This document shows positions 7,178 to 17,289 of a stretch of 57,964 bases of DNA, in pieces; positions within the stretch are counted from its first letter, which is position 1, and each line of letters opens with the position of its first letter. Under the pieces are notes generated by a model, which saw nothing but the letters and a program-made list of their open reading frames with translations, had not been told where the DNA came from and ran no database searches. Made by a program: the position numbers and the translations under genes. Origin of the DNA: a virus; the IMG/VR virus record IMGVR_UViG_3300045988_085825; one strand, written 5' to 3'.

Positions 7178-10100
7178 ATGGCAGCAACCACGATTGATGA
7201 TCTTCAGATCAAGATTGAAGCGGATGCGAAAACCGCTTCTGATAAGCTGGATGCACTTGCTCAAAGCATGGTGAAACTGGCATCAAGCCTGAGCATCAAC
7301 GTTGGCAAGATGTCTGGTGTTGCTATTGGACTTAATAGCATTACCAGAGCTTCACAGAATCTCAATTCCAGAAATATAACAACACTGGCAACTGCTATGG
7401 GGAAAGTAGCAGGTGTGGATTCTGCTCAGATTTCCAGAGTAGCGGGTTCTATGACACAGCTCAAAAACAGCGTTTCTGGCGGTTTTAATACCGACATGAC
7501 CGGAATAGTGAATGTTGCTAATTCACTGTCAAAATTGGGCGGCAAGAACGCTACACAGGGCGCACAGAACCTTGTGCTGATAAAAGATCAGCTTGCTCAA
7601 TTTGTGCAGGGGATGAACAGCGTAGGAACATTTACGTTTGACCCAACAGGTCTGACAAACACAATTAAAGCTATTGCGAAGCTGGGCGGAAAGACCGCAA
7701 CGCAGGCAACGGCAAATCTTCCGAGCATTTCTGCTCAATTGCAGAATTTTGTCCGGCAGATGAACCAGATTGGCTCTATGTCGTTTGACAATAAGAATCT
7801 GACCGACCTTGTAACGTCCATAGGCAGGTTAGGAAGCGTTGCAAGTGGGAGAGCGGTAAATAATATACCTTTGCTTGCAAACAACCTTAAATACCTGTTT
7901 GAGACGCTTTCAAAAGCACCATACATCAGCCAGAACATTATCCAGATGACTACGGCACTGGCTAATCTGGCACGTACAGGAGCATCTAGTGGTACTGCGT
8001 CAAGATCACTGGGGACAAGTCTTTTCTCCTTCTCAAAATCTGCCGGTAACGCAAGAAAGAGTGCATTTTCTTTGGCAGGTGCTATCGGTAAGTTTTACGC
8101 AACTTACTGGATGGTCATTAGAGGACTTGGACTTTTCCGAAATGCTATTGATATCTCATCCGATTTAACAGAGGTTGAGAACGTTGTCCGTACCACGTTC
8201 GGAAATATGGAGTACAAGGTTAATGACTTTGTGCAAAACTCCATTCAGCAGTTCGGTATGTCCGAGCTTTCCGTTAATCAGTATGCCAGTACATTCCAGG
8301 CTATGGGAACTGCTATGGATGTCGGCGGCAAACAGATTGAGAACGCAAACAGGTTCTTAAATGGTGCCACAGACGGATATATTGGATTGTCAGATTCTAT
8401 GTCAGATGTGTCTTTGAATCTTACTAAACTGACTGCGGATATGGCATCTTTCTACGACAAAGATCAGGCAGATGTTGCCAAAGACCTGCAATCTGTATTC
8501 ACCGGAATGGTAGTTCCGCTACGTAAATATGGACTTGATCTGACGCAGGCCACTCTGAAAGAGTGGGCAATGAAGAACGGCATGGATGCTGATATTAAGT
8601 CCATGACGCAGGCAGAAAAGGCAATGCTGCGGTATCAGTACGTATTAGCAAATACCACGGCAGCACAAGGGGATTTCGCCCGGACAGCAGATACTTGGGC
8701 GAACCAAGTACGAATTTTGAAACAGAACTTCCAGCAGTTAGGCGGCATTATTGGTGGTGCGCTGATTAACGCATTCAAACCGTTTTTACGGACTCTGAAT
8801 TTTGTTATGCAGAAGGTAATCAGCTTTGCAACAACGGTAACAAATGCCCTTGGTGCAATCTTCGGTTGGAAATTTGAAGTGTCCGGCGGTGGTGTAGCTG
8901 AGGACTGGTCAGATGCGGCAAGTTCAGCTGATGATCTGGCAGACAGTACCGGTAAAGCAGCTGACAATACAAAGAAGATGAAGAACAATCTTCATGCACT
9001 GGATGAGTTGAATATTAACAATGGTTATGATAACGGAACAGGTTCCGGCGGTTCTGGTTCCGGTGCAGGTGGTGCAGGTGGCGGTGCTGGCTCTGGTGGT
9101 TTGGTTAAGACAGACACTATCTGGAAAGATTTTGAAAGTAATATCAAAGACCTGTATCAGTTGGGCGAGTATATCCGTGATGCACTTATCGGTGCAATGG
9201 AAAGTATTGACTGGGATAGTGTATATGAGAAAGCAAGAAACTTTGGTACTGGTCTGGCACAGTTCCTTAATGGACTTTTTGCTGGATCTAACGGAATTAC
9301 TCTGTTTGGAGAAGTTGGAAAAACCATTGCGAGCGCATTAAATACGGTAGTTTATGCAACACTGTCATTTGGCAAAGAATTTAATTTTGAACAGTTTGGA
9401 TACAACATAGCTGATGGAATCAATAACTTTTTTGCTACTTTTGACTTTGCAGCATTGGCAGAAACCTTGAATACTTGGGCAAATGGAATACTAAAAGTTG
9501 CAAGCGAATCTATTACAAATATAGATTGGAAAAAAGTATTTGAAGGTGTTGGAAACGTAGTTTTTAATCTGGATGCATCTGCTATTGTTGAAGTCGCTTT
9601 ACTCTCATTGACTTGGAAAAACAAAACGCAAATTCTTAAAACCGCAGGCACGACTTTGCTAAATATTTTTACTGGAGGTATTACACTCACAAAGGTATTA
9701 GTCAGCCTTAAAAAAATAAGTTTTGCTCTTCCTGGGACACCTGCATTTGATGTTGTCGCTACTAGCATATTAGATACTATTGGAGAATGCATCAAAAACT
9801 TAATTCCAGACTGGGCAAACAGAGCTTTAAGTAGAATTGGAGCTGGCTTGGTTGCTGGAGCTGTTGGTGGATCATGGTTTCCTGGAGTAGGCACAATTGC
9901 AGGAGCAATTATTGGAGCAATTACTGGTGCGATATCTGCAATAGAAATTGACGGGCAAAGTATCCTCAAAATTATTTTTGATAAAATTTTTAATTTTGAT
10001 TTGACATCTTCGATGTTTGATTCCGCAAGAGAAAATTTTGCCAAAGGTGGTATAAATATTGTTCTTGGTATCATTGACGGGATAGCAGGAGTGCTTGATT

Positions 10101-11431
10101 TTGTTATTGAGCCTATAGCAGATTTATTCACATGCGTATGGGATGCTTTATGTAATGTGTTTGGCATTCATAGCCCAGCAGAGACAATGAAGCCAATAGG
10201 AAGATATATTGTTCTCGGAATAATTGAAGGCTTAAGCAATACAATAGATGAATTTATTGGAACATTGGAAAATTTTGCCAGCAGATCAATAGCTTATCTG
10301 AACGAAAAAGTTCCAGAAATTATAAACAGCATATCAATTTTTTTCAGAGAAGATTTGCCCAAAAACATTAAAGAAGCATTTGATAATGTTATGAAAAAAT
10401 TTTCTGAATGGAAGAACAATGCTGTTTTATTTGTAACTGAAAAAGTTCCAGAAATAGCAAACGGAATTATAGATGCATTCAAAAATCTTAAAGATAATTT
10501 GTTTGACATTGGGGAAAATGCTATAAATGGTCTTTGGGATGGCATGAAAAATACCTGGGATACAGTCAAAACAGGAATTTCGGATTTTGTTTCTGGAATA
10601 ACAACCGGCTTTACGGATGGTCTTGACATCCATAGCCCAAGCCGTGTCATGGCTGAAATAGGCGGATATACGATAGCCGGATTTAACAACGGAATTATCG
10701 AAAATATCCAGACAACCATGAACTCAATTCATGAGTGGATATCTAACATTGAAGCAGTATTAGTTCCTGAGGTATGGGCAAATATTTTTAATAATATAAT
10801 CCGTGGTTTCCAATATAAATGGTTGGAGTTCCGCACATTTTGGAATAGCAGCTTGAACGCATGGTGGAATGCGAATGTTACTCCGTGGTTTGCAGTCGCA
10901 AAATGGACTGCACTTGGAAATAACATGAAGAACGGATTGTATTATGGATTCAAGGGAATCGTGCAGATGATAGGATCTGTTATGAATGGTATGATAGATG
11001 TATTTAATGCCGGTCTTTCTCGAATCAAGAATGCAATGAACAGTCTTATAAGCGATTATAATTCTGTTGCTGGTGAGCTTGGCGTTTCAAAACTTCCTCA
11101 TGTGAATGTTGCTACAATCTCAAAAGTCAATATTCCAAAATATGAAGTTGGTGGATTCCCTGAGGACGGTCTGTTTTTTGCAAACCATAATGAAATGGTT
11201 GGTCAGTTTTCTAACGGAAAAACAGCGGTTGCAAACAATGAGCAGATTGTTGCAGGAATCCGTGAAGGAGTAAAAGCAGCAGTTGCAGAGGCCCTGGCTC
11301 CGTATCTGTCAGATATTGCAGACAGCAATAGAGAGATTGCTGAAAAAGATACATCTTTCACGGTGGACGGTAGAGAGCTTGTAAAAGCAATCACCGAAAG
11401 AGAAGCAAGGAATGGTTTCAGTTTTACGTAA
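7178..11431 (+). CDS. Tape measure protein
   Basis: 1417 aa with helical repeats, a Gly-rich linker (GSGGSGSGAGGAGGGAGSGG) and hydrophobic segments. It follows the chaperone pair. Confidence 0.9.
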   Translation: MAATTIDDLQIKIEADAKTASDKLDALAQSMVKLASSLSINVGKMSGVAIGLNSITRASQNLNSRNITTLATAMGKVAGVDSAQISRVAGSMTQLKNSVSGGFNTDMTGIVNVANSLSKLGGKNATQGAQNLVLIKDQLAQFVQGMNSVGTFTFDPTGLTNTIKAIAKLGGKTATQATANLPSISAQLQNFVRQMNQIGSMSFDNKNLTDLVTSIGRLGSVASGRAVNNIPLLANNLKYLFETLSKAPYISQNIIQMTTALANLARTGASSGTASRSLGTSLFSFSKSAGNARKSAFSLAGAIGKFYATYWMVIRGLGLFRNAIDISSDLTEVENVVRTTFGNMEYKVNDFVQNSIQQFGMSELSVNQYASTFQAMGTAMDVGGKQIENANRFLNGATDGYIGLSDSMSDVSLNLTKLTADMASFYDKDQADVAKDLQSVFTGMVVPLRKYGLDLTQATLKEWAMKNGMDADIKSMTQAEKAMLRYQYVLANTTAAQGDFARTADTWANQVRILKQNFQQLGGIIGGALINAFKPFLRTLNFVMQKVISFATTVTNALGAIFGWKFEVSGGGVAEDWSDAASSADDLADSTGKAADNTKKMKNNLHALDELNINNGYDNGTGSGGSGSGAGGAGGGAGSGGLVKTDTIWKDFESNIKDLYQLGEYIRDALIGAMESIDWDSVYEKARNFGTGLAQFLNGLFAGSNGITLFGEVGKTIASALNTVVYATLSFGKEFNFEQFGYNIADGINNFFATFDFAALAETLNTWANGILKVASESITNIDWKKVFEGVGNVVFNLDASAIVEVALLSLTWKNKTQILKTAGTTLLNIFTGGITLTKVLVSLKKISFALPGTPAFDVVATSILDTIGECIKNLIPDWANRALSRIGAGLVAGAVGGSWFPGVGTIAGAIIGAITGAISAIEIDGQSILKIIFDKIFNFDLTSSMFDSARENFAKGGINIVLGIIDGIAGVLDFVIEPIADLFTCVWDALCNVFGIHSPAETMKPIGRYIVLGIIEGLSNTIDEFIGTLENFASRSIAYLNEKVPEIINSISIFFREDLPKNIKEAFDNVMKKFSEWKNNAVLFVTEKVPEIANGIIDAFKNLKDNLFDIGENAINGLWDGMKNTWDTVKTGISDFVSGITTGFTDGLDIHSPSRVMAEIGGYTIAGFNNGIIENIQTTMNSIHEWISNIEAVLVPEVWANIFNNIIRGFQYKWLEFRTFWNSSLNAWWNANVTPWFAVAKWTALGNNMKNGLYYGFKGIVQMIGSVMNGMIDVFNAGLSRIKNAMNSLISDYNSVAGELGVSKLPHVNVATISKVNIPKYEVGGFPEDGLFFANHNEMVGQFSNGKTAVANNEQIVAGIREGVKAAVAEALAPYLSDIADSNREIAEKDTSFTVDGRELVKAITEREARNGFSFT

Positions 11432-11439
11432 AACTAAGG

Positions 11440-11474
11440 CGGTGGGGTAAAACCTACCGACTCTTTTATTTTGT
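11440..11474 (+). terminator. Terminator-like hairpin after the tape measure gene
   Basis: CGGTGGG-gtaaaa-CCTACCG (one G-U pair) followed by ACTCTTTTATTTT. Confidence 0.55.
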
Positions 11475-11483
11475 CATTTTTCG

Positions 11484-11492
11484 TGGTATAAT
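11484..11492 (+). promoter_or_regulatory. Extended -10 promoter for the moron gene
   Basis: TGgTATAAT, 30 nt upstream of the start at 11523. Confidence 0.4.
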
Positions 11493-11522
11493 CTGGATAT
11501 ATTTTTATTGGAGGAAAAGTTA

Positions 11523-12149
11523 ATGAAAGAAAACAACGGAGCCAAAGTATGTAAGTATTGCCAGACAGAAATCTCCAAAAAAGCAAAAGTGTGCCCTAAT
11601 TGCAAGCGTAAGCAGGGAGGTATAGGATGTTTAGGAGTAATTTTAATAGTTGCATTTGCACTTATTTTTATTGATACATTTGCTTCTTCAATGAGTAAAG
11701 ACAAAAATCCTGAAAAAGTTGGAGAAGTGGGATCTGAATTATCAGAAATTGGTACGCAATCAATTGACAATACTTTCAATGTTGGCGATGTAGTTGAAAC
11801 AGATAATTTTAGAATTACTTATGAGTCCGCAGGGGAGTATACAAACGGAAATGAATTTTTGCAGCCAAAAGATGGATGTGTATACTTTCAGTTTACATTT
11901 AAGTTTGAAAATATTTCAGATACAGACCAAGCGATTTCAACTATGATTGATTGGGAATGTTATGCAGACAATTCAAAAGTAGATCAAACATGGATTGTTG
12001 ATGATAATGGACTTGATGGAAAACTGTCCTCTGGGAGAGAAGCAGAAGGATCTGTATATTTTGAAGTTCCAGAAGATGCTGAGAGCGTTGAACTTGAATA
12101 CGATATTAACTTTTGGCAGAGCGATAAAATTATATTTGTTGGAAAGTGA
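11523..12149 (+). CDS. Zinc-ribbon, single-pass membrane protein with DUF4352-like extracellular domain (moron)
   Basis: CKYCQTEI..CPNCKRK, then the TM segment GVILIVAFALIFI, then a DUF4352-like pattern (FNVGDVVETDNFRITY...GSVYFEVPEDAESVELEY). The start is ATG 11523 after GGAGG. Confidence 0.7.
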   Translation: MKENNGAKVCKYCQTEISKKAKVCPNCKRKQGGIGCLGVILIVAFALIFIDTFASSMSKDKNPEKVGEVGSELSEIGTQSIDNTFNVGDVVETDNFRITYESAGEYTNGNEFLQPKDGCVYFQFTFKFENISDTDQAISTMIDWECYADNSKVDQTWIVDDNGLDGKLSSGREAEGSVYFEVPEDAESVELEYDINFWQSDKIIFVGK

Positions 12150-12155
12150 CAATTT

Positions 12156-12187
12156 AAGGGCAGAGAAATCTGCCCTTTATTTTTTTG
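12156..12187 (+). terminator. Strong intrinsic terminator after the moron gene
   Basis: AAGGGCAGA-gaaa-TCTGCCCTT followed by a T-run. Confidence 0.8.
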
Positions 12188-12407
12188 TTAGGTCAAAGTC
12201 CTGTTTGAAAAATTTTTTGCTTGTTTCGTTGCTCAATATAGTTGCATAGGGCGGTTTGCGCCGCCCTAGTTGGTGAACTAACTGAGAAGTCTATTATGCA
12301 TCTTGATTCTTTAGCATCTTAGCATCTGACGGAATAAGTGGAGTAGCAACATAATTAGCAAATCCTAATGCAGAACCAACTTTTCTTCAATGCATCTTCT
12401 CAAATAA

Positions 12408-13016
12408 TTATTTCTTTAATCCGATAAAATAACTTACATAGAGGTTCCCATTAATCGCTGCGTTTGTGTATAATTCTATTCTCCCATCTTTATAATTTGA
12501 TGGTACAACAGTCATCCCATATCGCTGTGTTCCAACTATCATAGCAATACATATAGGTTCTTTCTCATATTCGGGGTAATGATTATATGGAAGATATCCA
12601 ATGCCACCGTTAAAATCTATTGCGGATGTACCAATTATGATTTTATCTGCGTCTATCTTCTCAGTTAGTTCACGAGCTTCTGAAAGAATTTTCGTTGCCT
12701 TTACGTGGCTTTCATCCCATGCACCGGCTGGATGGGCAGTGGTGAATTTCCATACTTTGTTATTGTGAATAGTATAATCACCAACAGCATAATCAACTTC
12801 TGGATTAAATTCATCCCCAATGTCGTCGTATGCCTGATTAACAGCAGCATTGGTTTCATTCATATTCTTTGCAGAGAAAGTGCTTCCAACAGATTGATAA
12901 TCAGTAACATCTTCCAGAGATTTTGTTCCATTGCTGTTTTCGGTAACATTATACTGCCGTTTTCCGTTCATAGATTCTGCTAAAATATCATCTGTAAAAT
13001 TTGTTTTTAATGCCAT
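12408..13016 (-). CDS. Tail fibre / receptor-binding protein (tentative)
   Basis: Last gene of the minus-strand tail-tip operon. The motif YAVGDYTIHNNKVWKFTTAHPAGAWDESHV resembles a CBM5/12-type carbohydrate-binding repeat (recall). Confidence 0.5.
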   Translation of the reverse strand: MALKTNFTDDILAESMNGKRQYNVTENSNGTKSLEDVTDYQSVGSTFSAKNMNETNAAVNQAYDDIGDEFNPEVDYAVGDYTIHNNKVWKFTTAHPAGAWDESHVKATKILSEARELTEKIDADKIIIGTSAIDFNGGIGYLPYNHYPEYEKEPICIAMIVGTQRYGMTVVPSNYKDGRIELYTNAAINGNLYVSYFIGLKK

Positions 13017-13423
13017 TATACTTGCACTCCTTTCATATTTCCAAATCTAAAAGCCAATCTTATAAGTCCGGCTTTTTGCCTGTCTAATAAATTGTACATG
13101 TTTAGTATTGCTGACTCGATTCTGTTCAGTTCATCGTATGTAATAAATACACCATTTGGTACAAATGTCTGCCTGTCACCAAAATCTTGAGTAAAAATAT
13201 TTTGATTTATTTTTTCAAGATTTTCTTCAAATTTGTTTATTTCGCTTGCGTAGATATAATCTACATAGGTTTTTTCTGGGCCCATGTCTCGTGTGTTAAA
13301 AGACATATAAAGGGTTTCCGCTTTATTTTTCAGAAAATCCAGGTTTCCTTTTATGCGGTTGTAATCAGATATATTAAATCTGTCACTGACCGTCCAGTTC
13401 GTTTTTAGTTGAATCCACGCCAT
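13016..13423 (-). CDS. Tail fibre-associated protein
   Basis: 135 aa, start/stop-coupled to both neighbours within the tail-tip operon. Confidence 0.35.
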   Translation of the reverse strand: MAWIQLKTNWTVSDRFNISDYNRIKGNLDFLKNKAETLYMSFNTRDMGPEKTYVDYIYASEINKFEENLEKINQNIFTQDFGDRQTFVPNGVFITYDELNRIESAILNMYNLLDRQKAGLIRLAFRFGNMKGVQV

Positions 13424-13424
13424 A

Positions 13425-15659
13425 TCACAGCACCGCCTTTCTTGCTTTCAATAATCCACTCCATGCAGCAGAAAATTTTAATTCATTCTGATAAGCACGC
13501 ACCATTGTATTTTCTCTGTTTTTTAGCTCTAAAAAGAAAAGATCGTTTGCATCAGTCCTCGGATCTCCGTTCCATGATATTTCATATTCCACATCACCTA
13601 AATAGTATGTAGACAACCATTTTTCAATGTCCACAGCCATTTCCAATGAGCTTACCAGAGGATTTTTCCATGTTTTTTCGGTTCCTGTCTGATTGTGAAT
13701 TTTTGAATAGGTTTGCGTATCTTGCAAATATTCCTGCCCGCTTACAGAAATCCTCACTTTTTCTCCTACGGTTCCGACAATATTTACTTTTACAAAATAG
13801 CTGCTGCTATCAATGATTGACAATGTTGTATTAGCAGATTCCGTGGATACTGAGAATCCGTAAGAAGCTTTTGCAAGATATACTGTATACTCCTGCGTTG
13901 CTGATTCTAAAAGCACCTCTTCCGATGTAAGCTCTTTTATGGCTTCTGGATTTTCTTTGTAAATCGTTCTTTCTACGGATATAGATTTTATTCTTTCTTG
14001 CCGTGTTTCTCTTGGAGAAGTAGAAAGATTAAAGTCTCTGGATAAAACGTAATCCGTTGAATCTCCAAATATAATATTGTCTATCGTTACTCTGGCATTT
14101 GGATGCCCTTTCGTAAACTCAATTTCTACTTTGTCGAATCGGTCTAATTGTCCAAGGTATCCTTGTTGTAATTCTGGATTTGACACGGTGTATTCTAATA
14201 CAGTGGTTCCCAAGTAAGAAGTTTTTACTGAGTATTCTGCCGGAGCAACATTCCTAAAATAAATCATCATTCCGTAGCAGATATATCCTGATTCTAATGT
14301 GATCGTGATTTTCGGATTGTTTTGAAAATTACCATTTTCGTCAGCCAATTCGCTACTTACATATCCTATATTATCAATATATTTGCCGTTTTCCGGTACA
14401 AATTTCACAGTCCCGTTCACAGAAGAAAAATCATTACTTCCCATTGCATATGCTTCTTTTTGACTGTAACTAAGTATGTTTTGAGATCTGCTAAACTCGG
14501 TTTCTCCGTTGGTTTCTGCTGTCATATCAGGGACAAAAGATGATTTGATGTTAATTCGCCCTTTCCGATCCACGCTTAAAACACAACGTCCGGCATTAGA
14601 TATAATCTGTAATGCTTCAGAATGCTTTACTGCCGGAACAGGATTGTATACGATTACGTTTTTCAAATATTCGTCTATATAGTATTCCTCATCCTTCATT
14701 CCGGCATCTGTGAAAACATCAACAGCCAAGTCATATAAAGATATTCCGCTGTTCCGATATAAACCATTGTAATACACGGTATTTAACTTCCAGTAAAACA
14801 CATCAACCATGGTAAATTCTGCTTGTACATCGTTTGCGCTCCATGACTTAAGGTATGTAGTAATTTCTGGAACCCATTCAATATCACCTTTTCCAGTTAC
14901 ATCGTATCCAAACGTGACTTTCATTTCCTGCCCTTGTTCAAGATATGCAATAGCTGATTCTGAATTTTCAGGACTGTAATATAGGTTCTGGTTATCCACA
15001 ACAAGGGTCATGTCTTGACTTGGTACAGATTCACAAATCGGAGATACAAAATCTTTATAAGAAAAAGATTTGACCTCGTTATTTGAGAAAGTATTGGAAA
15101 TTCCGCAGGTAAACTGTAAAATCCGCATTCTTCCCTGCCCATTAACCATAGCTACCGGTGTTATCCGCAGGAACGTTACCGCATCGAATGTGTCCTCGGT
15201 AACAAATATTTTTCCAGAATTTTCATAGGTTTTCGTTCCGTTATCCGACTGTATTGTAAAAGATGTCGGGTGACATTCTCCGAAATCAATCGTGAGTCCT
15301 TTGATATCAGCAAAGTTCCCAACAAAAGAAATATATATTGATTCCAGAAGCCCAGAAGTTACCATTCCGTTGTTATAAAAATCATAATCAGAATATTCTT
15401 CTGGCAAAAAATACATTGTCCCATCAACTTTAGAAAAATCTTGCTCCATAGTTGCATATATCTTCTTTACAGTATTATCTTTGAAAGGAGCAGTATTGTT
15501 TGCGAAATAAGCAAAAACATTATTTTTATCATCCGCAATTATATTTTCTGTAGCAATTGAACTGACAATTCCAATTCTGGCAGATATATATCCTCGGTTC
15601 CTAAATGGCTTCTTCATTGCGTCTTTGTATTCTTTACTTGCATTTTGCATGTTAATCAC
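13425..15659 (-). CDS. Tail tip / baseplate protein (Tal-like)
   Basis: 744 aa, second gene of the tail-tip operon. It contains two similar internal segments (SKVDGTMYFLPEE.. and SSVNGTVKFVPENG..). Confidence 0.55.
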   Translation of the reverse strand: MINMQNASKEYKDAMKKPFRNRGYISARIGIVSSIATENIIADDKNNVFAYFANNTAPFKDNTVKKIYATMEQDFSKVDGTMYFLPEEYSDYDFYNNGMVTSGLLESIYISFVGNFADIKGLTIDFGECHPTSFTIQSDNGTKTYENSGKIFVTEDTFDAVTFLRITPVAMVNGQGRMRILQFTCGISNTFSNNEVKSFSYKDFVSPICESVPSQDMTLVVDNQNLYYSPENSESAIAYLEQGQEMKVTFGYDVTGKGDIEWVPEITTYLKSWSANDVQAEFTMVDVFYWKLNTVYYNGLYRNSGISLYDLAVDVFTDAGMKDEEYYIDEYLKNVIVYNPVPAVKHSEALQIISNAGRCVLSVDRKGRINIKSSFVPDMTAETNGETEFSRSQNILSYSQKEAYAMGSNDFSSVNGTVKFVPENGKYIDNIGYVSSELADENGNFQNNPKITITLESGYICYGMMIYFRNVAPAEYSVKTSYLGTTVLEYTVSNPELQQGYLGQLDRFDKVEIEFTKGHPNARVTIDNIIFGDSTDYVLSRDFNLSTSPRETRQERIKSISVERTIYKENPEAIKELTSEEVLLESATQEYTVYLAKASYGFSVSTESANTTLSIIDSSSYFVKVNIVGTVGEKVRISVSGQEYLQDTQTYSKIHNQTGTEKTWKNPLVSSLEMAVDIEKWLSTYYLGDVEYEISWNGDPRTDANDLFFLELKNRENTMVRAYQNELKFSAAWSGLLKARKAVL

Positions 15660-16069
15660 TCCAGACCTGCATCAATAAGATTAAATTTACAATTCTCATA
15701 CTTTGTAACAATGTGAGAATCTTGGTCTGCAAATAATGGAACACCGGTCCTGTCTCCAGGATACATTGTAACGGTGATCGGTTTTCCTGTCCGGTAGTCC
15801 TCAAAAGTTACCGGCACATAAAATGGTTCTACTGCCTTTAACATTCTTTGCCATGTTTCTGCATCCAGCATTGCCCATTCCAGATTGTTCAGCTTAAAAA
15901 TGTCTCTTCCTACTCGCTGTCCAATAACTGCATTGTTGGCATTTCGTCCAGAATTTACCGTTGTGCTGATAATATATGAAAATCCAACTCTCGGGCACGG
16001 AAAATCCACTCCATTTACATTCAAAAACGATGACATTCCTCCGCCCGATCGCACAGTCCTTATTGCCAT
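15656..16069 (-). CDS. Distal tail protein-like, first gene of the tail-tip operon
   Basis: 137 aa with a GGAGGTG RBS. Assigned by position upstream of the Tal-like gene. Confidence 0.4.
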   Translation of the reverse strand: MAIRTVRSGGGMSSFLNVNGVDFPCPRVGFSYIISTTVNSGRNANNAVIGQRVGRDIFKLNNLEWAMLDAETWQRMLKAVEPFYVPVTFEDYRTGKPITVTMYPGDRTGVPLFADQDSHIVTKYENCKFNLIDAGLE

Positions 16070-16120
16070 GTAGGCACCTCCATTCTTGGCAGAGGTGCCA
16101 TCAGGCAGTCTGCCAGTATC

Positions 16121-16160
16121 TTTTTCTGGTTAGCGGATACCTGCATCTTCGGCACCCGGT
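16121..16160 (-). promoter_or_regulatory. ACCG-hairpin-CGCTAACC element, copy 4 (minus strand, before the tail-tip operon)
   Basis: The reverse complement reads ACCG GGTGCC gaagatgca GGTATCCG CTAACC AGAAAAA. The stem has two G-U pairs. Confidence 0.5.
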
Positions 16161-16166
16161 ATGTTT

Positions 16167-16979
16167 TTACTCTATCAATTTTGCTTTTAAGTTCCGGCGG
16201 ATAGAACCGGACATAAAGTGGGACAGGCTCTTTTCTATGCCCTCCCGGTATTTCGCCTGCATGTACATATCAATTAACGGTATGTACTGGTCCAGCGTCC
16301 ACACATCATCCATGATTCCGTATTCGTCCTCGTCTTGATGCAGGTAATTGTATACGATATTGCTAATAGCCGGTCGTGTGAGTGGCTTATGCGGCTTTCC
16401 TTGCGTTCTGGCATATTCATTTACAAAGTATTCGGTTATGTCTTTCAACTCTTCTCTATAACCGCTAGCAAGAGCTTCCCCTTCTTCCGTCATTGCCTCG
16501 TTAATAGCTTTTGTAACCATAGGAGATAACGTACCTCTTTCAGATGATGGTGAGACCTCTTTTTCCCCAGAAAAAGAGCATACTCTCATACTATTATCTT
16601 CTATATTTCTATCTATTTTACTATCTATATGTCTTTGTTCTATTTTTTGAGATGGAGACTCACTTTTTTTATCATCCAGACTACTAAATTTTGTTAGGCA
16701 GACTCTCAAAAATCGTTTGCGTCCATCAAATTTGCCAATTTTTACGTATCTAAGTTTAATTAACTTGCTGATACTAGCAGATACTTTGGATACACTGCAC
16801 TGGCAAAATTCTGCCAAATATTCATTGCTAGCATAGCATCCTCCATTTTCCTCGACATCTAAGCTGTTGATCTCTGCCAGAATAAATTTATCAATTGCGC
16901 TTAATTTATCATCAAGCCAAACTTCCTTTGGAATAAAAATCCCCTTAAAATCTCTTGGATACTCAAATCCCTTTTCCAT
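16167..16979 (-). CDS. HTH DNA-binding protein (replication-initiator/DnaD-like N-terminus)
   Basis: The N-terminal pattern FIPKEVWLDDKLSAIDKFILAEI..ASNEYLAEFCQCSVSKVSASISKLIKLRYV resembles initiator-type winged HTH domains (recall). AGGAGG RBS. Confidence 0.5.
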   Translation of the reverse strand: MEKGFEYPRDFKGIFIPKEVWLDDKLSAIDKFILAEINSLDVEENGGCYASNEYLAEFCQCSVSKVSASISKLIKLRYVKIGKFDGRKRFLRVCLTKFSSLDDKKSESPSQKIEQRHIDSKIDRNIEDNSMRVCSFSGEKEVSPSSERGTLSPMVTKAINEAMTEEGEALASGYREELKDITEYFVNEYARTQGKPHKPLTRPAISNIVYNYLHQDEDEYGIMDDVWTLDQYIPLIDMYMQAKYREGIEKSLSHFMSGSIRRNLKAKLIE

Positions 16980-17096
16980 ATACTCTACCTCCTACAAATA
17001 GACTCCTACATTTATGAAAAACAACTGGCAGGCGGTGTAGGATTTCCGCTTTTCGTGTTGCAATCACTAGCCAGTTGGTTTTACCAATTTCAGACA

Positions 17097-17285
17097 AACA
17101 AAAAACGCTCACCAGACACAGTATTTCTACCATGTCCAGTGAGCGTGATTCTCAAAAAGTTTGCCGTCCTTGCTCGATTCGCCCTATCCTTTGCGCCCCG
17201 TTCTCCCCTCAACGGCAAGCCGGGCGGAGCTGGCGGATTCGGTTAAATTTTCTTATATTGTAACATTTTTTTTAATTTATATCAA
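17097..17285 (-). promoter_or_regulatory. Promoter, GC-rich structured leader and intrinsic terminator (leader B)
   Basis: On the minus strand: TTGATA-17-TACAAT (17285..17257), a leader of about 110 nt, then the stem CGCTCAC/GTGAGCG (17145..17106) plus a U-run. It shares GAGCAAGGACGG with the terS leader. Confidence 0.55.
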
Positions 17286-17289
17286 GAAG

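Noticed and set aside
9352-10167. 271-aa minus-strand ORF inside the tape measure gene
   Set aside because: It is entirely antisense to a well-supported 1417-aa gene. It has a low-complexity Ile/Pro/Ala composition and no RBS.
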